From assembly GCA_963693365.1 (NCBI GenBank), contig CAVNZM010000013.1, forward strand, positions 2,698,449 through 2,762,448: DNA of 64,000 nucleotides, given 5' to 3'. The notes under the pieces were generated by a model. The model was not told where the DNA came from, did not search any database, and saw only the letters and a list, made by a program, of their open reading frames with translations. Position 1 is the first letter of the stretch, and every line of letters begins with the position of its first letter. Shown here one piece after another: positions 33,854 through 45,558 of the stretch. The stretch is from Amoebidium appalachense. Lineage: Eukaryota > Protista > Ichthyosporea. Position numbers and translations under genes: made by a program.

Positions 33854-34890
33854 ATCTCCCCTTCCAGAGCAACGCTGGCAGATTGGCCCCCCACTTTGCT
33901 CCGGCCGAGCTGCTTCGAGCCACCACTACCCTGCAGGAATGCCAGGCCCTGAGTCTCAACCTCGACTCTCGGGCCTCTTACTCCCGGGTGCAAAAAGTGT
34001 TCATCGATTTTTGTGCGGCATCTCGGCTGCAATCCTCCTCCGGGTCCTCCCTCCCGGCCTCCCCACACACCCTGCAGCTCTTTCTCGCCTGGTGTGCCCA
34101 ACGAGGGGTACAGGCCTCTTCCTTGGCCGGCTACAATTCGGCTATCACCCGACTCCACCTCGACATGGGCCTCCCTGCTCCCTACCCCCACGACAAGGCT
34201 CTGGCCTGGTTCCTACGAGGGGTGGGCAGATGGCAGCTTTCTCACAACATCCGACCCCGATCATCCACCAGGGAGCCCCTCCTGCCCTCCCACCTCAGCC
34301 AACTCCATGGCCAGTGCCCCACCAAGGCCTCCTCGGCCAATCTCCGGCTATGGACGGCCCTCATCGTCGGTTTCTGTGGTCTCCTCCGTTCAGGGGAATT
34401 TACCTCCAAAACCCTGGCTTCCTTCAACCCGTCCCGTCACGTTAAACGGAAGGACGCAACCTTCAGCTACACCCCCACCGGTACTTTGTCCCATGCCACC
34501 CTCCACCTGCCAACCTCCAAGACGGATGTACAGGCCAGAGGTGTCAACGTCACTCTGGCTGCCCTGCCCCTCACCCACTTCTCCCCAGCCCACCTCCTCC
34601 GGCAGTTCCTGGATACAACGCCCGGTCAACCCGACGACCCCCTGTTCAGTCTCGGTGGCATTCCCTACACCAAGAGTGCTTTCTCTGCCGACTTCCGTGC
34701 CCTCCTCTCCCGGGCAGGCCTCTCCCCCTCTCGGTTTGCCGGCCACAGCCCTGGCTGAGGCCGGGGTCGACGACTCCCGGATCAAACAACTCGGCAGATG
34801 GTCCTCCGGCTGTTTCCTGATCTATACCCGACTTCGCCCGGCCTCCATTGCTGCCACTACCACACGTGTATTCGCCTCTATTCTTAAGTG
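33854..34890 (+). pseudogene. Ngaro tyrosine recombinase, copy 1 (deletion removes HSLRIGGA; stop codon split by insertion)
   Basis: GFCGLLRSGEF, SKTD, GRWSS..YTR. Relative to copy 2, ~23 bp are lost between two cacagc repeats near 34750, shifting the frame. Confidence 0.9.
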
Positions 34891-35824
34891 CATCAGCAAA
34901 CATCTCCCGGCATCTTTTTCCCGTCTCAAACCAGTCTGGGACATCCTAAACCCGTAACCCATCCTGAACCATACCCTTTGTAACCGTTATTAGTTAGAGA
35001 TGACTCCAAGCTATCCCTAACCCGTCCGGCTTTAGCAGGCGATATTAAAGACATCTCTGTAAGTACGTCCTTAGCATATCTGTAACCCGGCGAAACCCTA
35101 TCCGGTGTTCCATCTGTTTCCTCCCCCAAGCATATCTTAGAGCCGTCTTTGTTATGTCTTAAACGAATCTATAAAAAGACAATATTTATGAACTTTTACT
35201 AAAAAGATATCCCCAGCATATCTGTAAGCTATCGATCAGCCGTCTACAAGAGCGCTTTGCGATCACCAATATCCATCTTTAATACTACTTTATGTAGTTC
35301 AGACGAGTATATATGGCATACTTAACACCTCTTGAAGAATTTGCAGAGATATATTACAGATATGTTGTGGTTAACCTAAATGTATCCTTACGATGTAGTT
35401 ATGTAATATGTTATTTCAGTCTAACACGAGTTGTCGACTTTAGGACGTACTAAAAGCAACTCACCGATAGGCTAGGGATATTTTTATTGGTACACAGTGA
35501 CACAAACAAGATATGCGTGAGACGTATTTACGTCATAATATAGATTCATCATCAATTGAGGAAAAGACACAATTAATATACACTTTAGACGGCTTTAGGA
35601 CGGCCTAACGTTATATATGGCCGCTCCCATAGATAGAATAATTATATATTCATAGTTCTGGTAAGAGCACCGGAAGATTTCTTGATGCAATTTTAAAGCC
35701 ATCTTTCAGGATGTTCTAAAAGTCACACTAAAAAGACCGTCGTCATCCTTAAAGTCATCTGTTGGATGGCTGGAGGTTGTCGTGATGATATCTTAAACCC
35801 CCACCTCCCTCCTCCTCCCCCCCC

Positions 35825-35855
<31 letters not shown>

Positions 35856-35864
35856 ACCCACCCA

Positions 35865-36270
35865 CCCCACATGAACCTTTGACGATCGATGACGACGATG
35901 AGGTGCCAGACCCACAGGGTCTTTTCCTGGGGACCACCACCCACCCCACATGAACCTTTGACGATCGATGACGACGACGAGGTGCCAGACCCACAGGGTC
36001 TTGCCTCCATACTAATTTACCTTAACAGGACAAAGAGCCGGTACCCACCTATGGGTGCTAAACATGCACATGATCATTCGTGTGCTATAAGAGCAACACA
36101 GAAACGGTACACGGAAACAACAGCAGCCATAGGACAAAGAGCCCCAGACCCACAGGGTCTTGCCTCCATACTTTATTTACCCTAACAGGACAAAGAGCCG
36201 GTACCCACCTATGAAACGAAAAACGGAAACAACAGCAGCCATAGGACAAAGAGCCGGTACCCACCTCTAG
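35865..36270. repeat. Shuffled short duplications inside the TIR element
   Basis: ccccacatgaacctttgacgatcgatgacgacga.gaggtgccagacccacagggtctt x2; ccagacccacagggtcttgcctccatact x2; ggacaaagagccggtacccacct x3. Confidence 0.8.
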
Positions 36271-36839
36271 ATGATAACGTAGCCTTATAGCTGCTGATGA
36301 CTTCATGGGCCAACATTGCCAAAACCTGTAAAGGAACTCGAGCTAAGAATTAGCTCATCCTACTTGCGAGAAGTGGGGGGGGGGGGGGGGGGGGGGGGGG
36401 GACTGAGGGGGCTGACTGAGAGTGGCAAAAAAAGATTCGACAGAACCAACCTCAAACATAGTAAGGACGGAAACCCGGACCAGAACTTATGAAGTCTAGA
36501 GAAACAGAAAATAGCTTGAACGATCGGTGGAGTGGATGATAGCTATAGTGCTAACAGCAAAAGTAGTGCCCACAGTCGCTGGTTCAGGAACGTGAAAGGC
36601 AACGTGCATCTGCAGCCAGCAGACACACGCACACGCACGCACACACACACACATACACACACACACACACAGACACAGACACAGACATAATCACAGGACG
36701 GACACAGACCAGACAGACAAACGCCATATGCACAAAAGCAGGCAACACAAAACTAACCTTCAAAGGGCCTTTCAGCCGTTAGGCAGCATGCAGCATGGTC
36801 CAAAATAATCAGCACGGTAGCTGCGCGATCTGCGGAGGG

Positions 36840-36950
36840 GATCTGTGACCAGGCGACCTGCGGGAAGGGAACTGCGACCAGGCGACCTGCGGGAAGGGAC
36901 CTGCGACCAGGCGACCTGCGGGAAAGGACCTGCGGACCTGCGGGAAGGGG
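36840..36950. repeat. 29-bp tandem repeat, ~3.5 copies
   Basis: ctgcgaccaggcgacctgcgggaaggga(a/c) repeated. Confidence 0.85.
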
Positions 36951-37292
36951 GAAGAGAAATGGAGCGAACAACGTGCGTACAGGCTTAAATGGAGAAAAAA
37001 TTGCAAACCGGATTGGGATTTAGCCAATCACTATTCGCCGCGCCTGATTAGGAAAAAGATAAAAATAGATTTCGGCTCGCGCGCGCGCGCGCATCAGCTT
37101 GGTGCCCTTAGCGCTACCCTTAGTGCCCTTAGTCACAACTATCAGACTATAGTTACGTGTCCTCCACTTCTTTGTTCTTGACCATTTTTTCGGCATGAAA
37201 GGGTTTCTGTTACTTCTTGCTGTCCTTCTTAGCGTGCTTGCTTGTCTTTTTTTCAACATGGGTGTCACTGGCGCTTTCGACTTCTTTGAAAT

Positions 37293-37335
<43 letters not shown>

Positions 37336-37371
37336 GCGCGCGCGCGCACGCACACACACTCACACATGCAC

Positions 37372-37403
<32 letters not shown>

Positions 37404-38019
37404 GGCGCGCACACACAGGCACGCACACACACACAGGCGCACACCTACACAACACACACAGCACATGCACACACAAGCGCACACATGCACACACCCTGTT
37501 ATCCCTGATCATGATGCCCCCTCCCCCCCCCTCCCTCTTCCCCCCCCGCGCACCCCCCCCCCCCCCCCCCCACCCACCCCACCCACCCACCTACAAAGAC
37601 GAAAACATTGTACATGTATTGCATACACAAATATACTCGCACATATACATACACACATTCACTTTAATCTTTCAGGCTACATGTGCAATATACATTAATT
37701 ATGCACAGTCGATAGAATTCGTTGTGAACCCCCCCCCCCCCCCCCCTCCTCGTTCCCCCCATATGCAATGGGGATAATATTGTTTCCCGCTATTAATAAA
37801 AAAAATCACCGTTCTAACTTCCTAAGACCGAACCACTTGTAACACCGACAGTTTCGGTTGTGTGGAACCCCCCCCCCCCCCCCCCCCTCCCCCCCCCCCC
37901 CCCCAACCCACCCACCACCACCTTACCAATATTGAGGTGTACACTGCCCCCACATCCCCAACTGTGTGCTGAATATCCCGTGCTAGGAAACCAATAACGT
38001 GAAAGTAACACATGCCGCA

Positions 38020-40410
38020 TGTGGGTAGTTAATGAAAAAACCAATAATGTCTAGGTAACACATGGACGTATACTATGCTACAAGGGGGGTCTATTCGAGC
38101 TACAACATTGTGTTTTTTTCGTGTGACCCTCGTACTCCAGGGGCACATGCTCCATCCCCCCCATAAACTGTGTGGTAAATGTCTCGTGCTAGAAGCTGTT
38201 CTGTGGGTAGTTATTGAAAAAACCAATAATGTCTAGGTAACACATGTACATATACTATGCTACAATTGCAAGGGGGGTTCTATTCGAGCTACAATGTTGT
38301 GTTTTTTTCGTGTGACCCTTGTACTCCAGGGGCACATTCACCATCCCCCCCATAAACGTTGTGGTAAATGTCTCGTGCTAGAAGCTGTTCTGTGGGTAGT
38401 TATTGAAAAAACCAATAATGTCTAGGTAACACATGGACGTATACTATGCTACAAGGGGGGTCTATTCGAGCTACAACATTGTGTTTTTTTCGTGTGACCC
38501 TCGTACTCCAGGGGCACATTCACCATCCCCCCCATAAACATTGTGGTAAAGGTCTCGTGCTAGAAGCTGTTCTGTTGGTGGTTATTGAAAAAACCAATAA
38601 TGTCTAGGTAACACATGTACATATACTATGCTACAAGGGGGGTTCTATTCGAGCTACAATGTTGTGTTTTTTTCGTGTGACCTTCGTACTCCAGGGGCAC
38701 ATTCACCATCCCCCCCATAAACGTTGTGGTAAATCTCTCGTGCTAGAGGCTGTTCTGTGGGTAGTTATTGAAAAACCAATAATGTCTAGATAACATATGT
38801 ACATATACTATGCTACAAGGGGGGTTCTCTATGAAAACTACTCCGGGACGTGTGTTGCCTCTAGGGGGACATCCCCTTGGACGAAAGTGAACCTGCAATG
38901 GTTGTAAACCACGGCAGGCCCCCAGTCATCAATTTATTGATCCGTGAGGTCCTTGTGCCCAAAAAACGGGGGAAGTCTTCGCCCCGTGAAAAAACAGCAC
39001 GTATGTGGGGATCAATGGGGGTTGAGTGTAGGGTGTAAGTGGGTGGGTGAAAAAGAAAATATAGCTGTAAAGCTGTAGGTGCTAAACACAGAAGATGTGT
39101 TTGTTGCCTGCTGATCTGCTAAAAACTGTCGTGCTTATATACCTAAGGCTACCGAACTGAGCCAATCAAAATCGATCTAGTGTTATGTGAAATCTGATCC
39201 TGAGCCAACCAAACTCGGTCTAGTGATCTGTGGAATCTGATGTTTTGATCGGCTAATAGGTGCCCGTATGCGGGCAGCCGAACGCGAACTGCTAAAACAT
39301 GAAACGAAGCCTGTTGATATCGGACACCCATCCTACGTGTTTACCCAGAAAAATATTTATGTCAATAATTTCCACAAATAAAACCTATACGAGCTACAAC
39401 GTTGTGTTTTTTTCGTGTGACCCTCGTACTCCAGGGGTACATTTACCATCCCCCCCATAAACGTTGTGGTAAAGGTCTCGTGCCAGAAGCTGTTCTGTGG
39501 GTAGTTATTGAAAAAACCAATAATGTCTAGGTAACATATGTACATATACTATGCTACAAGGGGGGTTCTATACGAGCTACAACGTTGTGTTTTTTTCGTG
39601 TGACCCTTGTACTCCAGGGGCACATTCACCATCCCCCCCATAAACTTTGTGGTAAAGGTCTCGTGCTAGAAGCTGTTCTGTGGGTAGTTATTGAAAAAAC
39701 CAATAATGTCTAGGTAACATATGTACATATACTATGCTACAAGGGGGGTTCTATTCGAGCTACAATGTTGTGTTTTTTTCGTGTGACCCTCGTACTCCAG
39801 AGGCACATTCACCATCCCCCCCATAAACGTTGTGGTAAATCTCTCGTGCTAGAGGCTGTTCTGTGGGTAGTTATTGAAAGACCAATAATGTCTAGGTAAC
39901 ATATGTACATATACTATGCTACAAGGGGGGTTCTATACGAGCTACAACGTTGTGTTTTTTTCGTGTGACCCTCGTACTCCAGGGGCACATTCACCATCCC
40001 CCCATAAACGTTGTGGTAAAGGTCTCGTGCTAGAAGCTGTTCTGTTGGTAGTTATTGAAAAAACCAATAATGTCTAGGTAACACATGTACATATACTATG
40101 CTACAAGGGGGGTTCTATTCGAGCTACAATGTTGTGTTTTTTTCGTGTGACCTTCGTACTCCAGGGGCACATTCACCATCCCCCCCATAAACTTTGTGGT
40201 AAATCTCTCGTGCTAGAGGCTGTTCTGTGGGTAGTTATTGAAAAACCAATAATGTCTAGGTAACATATGTACATATACTATGCTACAAGGGGGGTTCTAT
40301 ACGAGCTACAACGTTGTGGTTTTTTCGTGTGACCCTCGTACTCCAGGGGCACATTCACCATCCCCCATAAACTTTGTGGTAAATGTCTCGTGCCAGAAGC
40401 TGTTCTGTGT
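38020..40410. repeat. ~182-bp satellite, ~10 copies, inside the TIR element
   Basis: ccaataatgtctag recurs near 38041, 38223, 38412, 38594, 38776, then 39518, 39699, 39882, 40064, 40246; highly similar units. Confidence 0.95.
38829..39386 (-). mobile_element. Solo Ngaro remnant (A-spacer-B, 558 bp) inserted in the satellite
   Basis: Reverse complement matches the A2-spacer-B2 module (44041-44610, 50047-50612); satellite continues seamlessly on both sides. Confidence 0.93.
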
Positions 40411-40454
40411 CTGATGTGTGGATGTCTGTGTATGTTGTGTGTGTGTGCATGTCT

Positions 40455-40588
40455 GTGTGTGTGTATGTGCTCAGTTGAAAGGGAAGGGGGGGAGAGGGGG
40501 GATGCACCGTGTGTGTGCATGTGTGCACGTGTGTGTGTGTGTGCTCTGTGGAGAGGGAAGGGGAGGGGGGAAATGCACCGTGTGTGTG

Positions 40589-40626
<38 letters not shown>

Positions 40627-40813
40627 TGTGTGTATGTGTGTGTGCCACAGTGTATGTGTGTGTGTGTGTTGTGTGTTTGTGTGTGTGTGCATGTCTGTGT
40701 GCATCGTGTATGGTGTGTGTGTGTGTGTGTGCATGTCTGTGCATGTGTGCATGTGCTCGGTGGAGAGGGAAGGGGAAGGGGGGGATTCGTGTCCGTGCAT
40801 GTGTGCATGTGTG

Positions 40814-40854
<41 letters not shown>

Positions 40855-41300
40855 ATGTATGTGTGTGTGTATGTGCTCAGTTGAGAGGGAAGGAGAGAGG
40901 GGGGATGCACCGTGTGTGTGCATGTGTGCACGTGTGTGTGTGTGTGCTTTGTGGAGAGGGAAGGGGATGGGGGAAATGCACCGTGTGTGTGCATGTGTGT
41001 GTGTGTGTGTGTGCGTGTGTGTGTGTGTGTTGTGTGTTTGTGTTGGTGTGTGCATGTCTGTGTGCATCGTGTATGTTGTGTGTGTGTGTGTGCATGTCTG
41101 TGCATGTGTGCATGTGCTCGGTGGAGAGGGAAGGGGAAGGGGGGGATTCGTGTCCGTGCATGTGTGCATGTGTGCATGTGCGTGTGTGTGTGTGTGTGCG
41201 TGTGTGTGTGTGTGTGCGCGCATGTATGTGTGTGTGTATGTGCTCAGTTGAGAGGGAAGGGGAGGGGGGGGATGCACCGTGTGTGTGCATGTGTGCATGT
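40455..41300. repeat. ~2.2 tandem copies of a ~370-410-bp composite (GT)n/G-rich unit
   Basis: tatgtgctcagttga.agggaagg..ggatgcaccgtgtg near 40464, 40870 and 41238; tgctcggtggagagggaaggggaaggggggattcgtgtccgtgc twice. Confidence 0.85.
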
Positions 41301-44300
41301 TAATGCAAAGTACACACGGGGGAGTCCGTAGAATGTTTTCCCGACGGAGGGGGGGGGGGGGGGGGGGGCATGATCGGGGAATTTCAGTGTTTTCTCCAGT
41401 CCCGCATGCAACATACCAGCCTTCGTATTCAAAAAACCCAAACACCCTTTCCTTTAGCAAGTAGCTGACTTTCTCACCACCAAACGTAGATGGGGGTGGG
41501 GGGGAGTGCCCACGTTCACCCACACATCCCCACGGGCATTTGCCGGGCCCATCAGGGGGGGTCCAAGAGGGGGGGGGGGGGGGGGGTCATTCTATAGTGT
41601 GCATGTGTTGTGGAGGGAATTTGAAACGTGCAAAAACCCTCAGAATGGACGGATTTCGATGCAGTTTTTTTTGTTTTCCCAATGGGAAGGTACGTTAATG
41701 CAAAGTACACACGGGGGAGTCCATAGGATTTTTTCCCGACGGACGGGGGACGTGATCGGGGAATTTCAAGAAGAAAAATCTAAAATCTCAATATCTGCCA
41801 AAACCCTCCGAATGGACGGGGGGGGGGGGGGGGGGGGGGAGGCATCAAACGTGATGGCTCACCCCCCCCCCCCCCCCCCCCTCTCCCCGGCGGGCCCGCC
41901 GCTGCGCTGCGGAAGATTACTCTGATCTACTCGAATCCTTTTGTCCCAAACACAGGCTTGCAGGATAAGAAAGGCCTGCACCTTGCAACGCTGGATGCCT
42001 ATTTTGCATCAGAAGGGAACTTTGACCCCAGCCCCAGGCTTGAAGGACGTGGCAATTGCCTAAAGTTCCTGCCGCTACAGCTGCAGTTGTTCCTAGCGGG
42101 CTTAACGCCTGCTGAAGCACGCGGGGGGATCTGCCTCTTCCAGTGAAAAGAAAAATATTCCCATACAACTTGAACAGCTGCTATATTCGACTGCAAGAAG
42201 GTGAGGAGGGAGTGTATCTTAGGGTGGTGGGGTGTAAGGAGTTTTATGGTCGGCGATCCGCACTGCAGTTTCAGGTATGGTTGGCGTATTTATTCAGGAC
42301 GTACTGACAGAATAGTAAGTATAGCTCTAGTATAGCGTGAGGATATTCTTAGGAGCTTCCTAAGGTATGCGATATATATCTTTGCGTTTTTTTGCGTTTT
42401 TTGTGCATTTTTTTATTTTTTATTTTTTAATGTGTTTATTTAGGGTAAATTCAACGCACCGGCCACTTGCTCCGCGCAGGCATTGCACCGTTTGCCAAAG
42501 TATCTCGCCTAATTTATAGGTACCTTAAATATTATTACAACTAAAACTTCTGTATTTGGCAGTTGAATGCCCCAGTTTTACTTACATTATACGGATCATG
42601 ATTGTAAGATAACAGTGCTTCGGATTCTGTTTTGCACTCCTCCAGTAAATCTTTGTTTCCATTGGCTATCATCTCGCACGCACCTGCGCGACGCCTTCAT
42701 GTTTCATGTTTCAATAAAAGCGTGACCTTGTGACGCCTTCATTGTGAATGCTGTGTGAAATTCGATCCTAAAAAACAACCAATCAAAAACGTTGGAGTAA
42801 TCTATCCCACAATCAAATGCGCAATCCCTTTTCCCGCCGTATATATTGAGCTAACCCTCGCATCACGGAACGTGGTCCTGGGTAATCGGCATTGACAGGG
42901 TGGTAAAGAGGCCGTGGCTGAGCTCGTTAGCGATACGTGCTTTGCTTTTGTATCCCAGGGAACACTTAAAGATCATCCAAATCGATCCCATTAAACCCTT
43001 AAAGAGGTCCTAAAGTAATCCTAACACAATACCTAATTGCAACTCTGAACATCTTTAAGCTACCCCAAATAGGGCGTGAAGATCGCAGAAAGGTATCACC
43101 AATACTTGCCTAAGATTGCGTTAGCATATCACATGCACAGACATGGCCTGTCTTGAAGATATAATTGGGATGGCCAATAGTGCTACAAAAGAACTCTCCA
43201 AAGATCTCCTTAGATGATCCACTGCCTAGCTGTGATATATCCTGACGACATCCTGTGCACATCCTAACGCAATCAGTTCGTTTCGCAAATGTTGCATGGC
43301 CATACGGGATTAAGAGAGGATAAAGATTGTACTAAGATCTCTGCAGTACATCTTTAACATATCTCTACGCCCATCCCACGAGCGCCTTGTGTCAACTTAC
43401 TTGCGTGTATAATGCATCTTACACACATCTATATAATATGTATCGGTATCTCTCATAGACATCCTGTAGAATGAGTGCAGACGTCTTTAGGACATCTGTT
43501 AACTACACCATGTTCCGGGATGATAACAATATGTCCTCAATCCGTCCAGGATATCTTTAAGACGTAATAGACCAGAAAATTCGAAAGACGTCTTTAATAT
43601 ATCCCGTATGCATCCGCAACCCATCGGACAATTTAAAGGGGGGTTAAGGACATCCGGACTTGTGCTGATGGGTATAAGTGCACTTCCAGGTGTCTGTATG
43701 ACATCTAGTCAGACGACTTTACTACGTCTTTAAGATGTCCACTGTCTTGAATCCATGCCAGACGTATTTAATATATATGGGATGTGTTTCAGACGCCTTG
43801 CCATCCTGAAATTCCGGGTTATCCTAAACCCGTCCTAAGCTATCTTTTAGGTATATTAACGACGATAGGACGTCCTAAAGTCGTACAGGACAGGTTTCGG
43901 ATGGGGGGTGATCTTTGCTGATGTGAAACCTTTGGAGCAAGCATACTGCTCTTGTGCCGTGGTTTACAACCATTGCAGGTTCACTTTCGTCCAAGGGGAT
44001 GTCCCCCTAGAGGCAACACACGTCCCGGAGTAGTTTCATAGAGGTTTTATTTGTGGAATTTATTGACATAAATATTTTTCTGGGTAATCACGTAGAATGG
44101 GTGTTCGATACCAACATAACCATGTAGGCTTCATTTCGTGTTTTAGCAGTTCGCGGTTGGCTGCCCGCACACGGGCACCTATTAGCCAATCAAAACATCA
44201 GATACCACAGAACACTAGACCGAGTTTGATTGGCTCAGGATCAGATTTCACATAACACTAGATCGATTTTGATTGGCTCGGATCGGCAGCCTTAGGTATA

Positions 44301-45558
44301 TAAGCACGACAGTTTTTAGCAGTTCAGCAAGCAACAGACACATCTTCTGTGTTTAGCACCTACAGCTTTACAGCTATATTTTCCTTTTTCACCCACCCAC
44401 CTACACCCAACACTCTACCCCCATTGATCCCATACATACGTGCTGTTTTTTCACGGGGCGAAGACTTCCCCCGTTTTTTGGGCACAAGGACCTCACGGAT
44501 CAATAAATTGATGACTGGGGGCTTGCCGTGGTTTACAACCATTGCAGGTTCACTTTCGTCCAAGGGGATGTCCCCCTAGAGGCAACACACGTCCCGGAGT
44601 AGTTTCATAGAATAATAAATTGGTGGACGCTTTTTCTTTTCTTTCTTTCTTTTTTTTTTTTTTTTTTTTTTTTCCGCCTGGGGGGGGAGGGAGGGGGATG
44701 TATGATGGGAACCCCAAATTTATGTTGTAATTGCTGATTGTACGCATACGGGTGTCGAGGTGCAATATGATTTGAAGTTGTTGAATGTGTAGAATTGGGT
44801 AGATGATATTGATGTCTTGATTTTTTGATGTGTAAGAAGTTTTGTAATAGCCATATGGATAAGAGTGTCAGATGCTTTGGGGGCCCTACTAGACGTAATG
44901 CAATACTGTGCTTTAATTTCTGTTGAATATAAAAGGGAGTGTAGCAAGATGTAATCTTAGTTTGACATGAAACGTGTACACGTACTTACACGTACTACCG
45001 TAGTTGATAGTTTCACACAATTCTAACAACTTTCAAAATATGGCAGTTGAGATTAAACGCCTAAAAAAAGAAACCATTGCTGTTTAGAGTGTCACTGTAT
45101 GTGCAGTATGTGACGGTCCGGCATATGTAGCTATGAAGCAGCATCAAGTAGGCCATCAAAAAAAAATAAAAAATGAAAAAGGTTTTATTTGTGGAAATTA
45201 TTGACATAAATATTTTTCTGGGTAATCACGTAGGATGGGTGTTCGATACCAACATAACCATGTAGGCTTCATTTCGTGTTTTAGCAGTTCGCGGTTGGCT
45301 GCCCGCACACGGGCACCTATTAGCCAATCAAAACATCAGATACCACAGATCACTAGACCGAGTTATGATTGGCTCGGATCAGATTTCACATATTGCTAGA
45401 TCGATTTTGATTGGCTCAGATCGGTAGGCTTAGGTATATAAGCACGACAGTTTTTAGCAGATCAGCAAGCTACAAACACATCTTCTGTGTTTAGCATCCA
45501 CAGCCTTACAGCTATATATTCCTTTTCACTCTCCCTATCTTTCCCTACGCCGGTCAGC

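Larger units (their letters stand above)
34891..43923. mobile_element. 9,033-bp non-autonomous TIR DNA transposon, probably EnSpm/CACTA (CMC)-like, 2-bp TG TSD
   Basis: Left catcagcaaacatctccc, right (reverse complement) catcagcaaagatcaccc; TG at 34889-34890 and 43924-43925; the empty site is visible in copy 2; ~0.8-1 kb at each end is rich in gac(g/a)tc(c/t)t.a-type subterminal words. No transposase ORF seen. Superfamily is inferred. Confidence 0.85.
30187..44610 (+). mobile_element. Ngaro-type tyrosine-recombinase (DIRS order) retrotransposon, copy 1, interrupted by a 9-kb insertion
   Basis: Split direct repeats A1 30187-30538, B1 43955-44040, A2 44041-44391, B2 44524-44609; gag, RT/RNase H and YR between A1 and B1; element sequence resumes at 43924 exactly as in copy 2 (cttaagtgaaacctttgg). 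Confidence 0.93.

Noticed and set aside
30507-34903. Overlapping and antisense ORFs within the Ngaro element (also 45462-49949)
   Set aside because: Expected shadows of GC-rich coding sequence; no recognisable motifs.
37090-37292. Lys/Arg-rich minus-strand reading (SKKSKAPVTPMLKKRQ...) inside the TIR element
   Set aside because: No recognisable domain or consistent splice model.
38875-38955. ggacgaaa and tccgtgagg words in the Ngaro B/spacer, reminiscent of a hammerhead ribozyme
   Set aside because: No CUGANGA core in the right order on either strand; only small hairpins. An Rfam/Infernal scan would settle it.
38020-40410. 182-bp array with one unique insert as a CRISPR-like or cassette array
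   Set aside because: Plain satellite; the single insert is a Ngaro remnant.
41917-42196. Short ORFs and an exon-like patch inside the TIR element
   Set aside because: No identifiable product; frame cannot be chosen.
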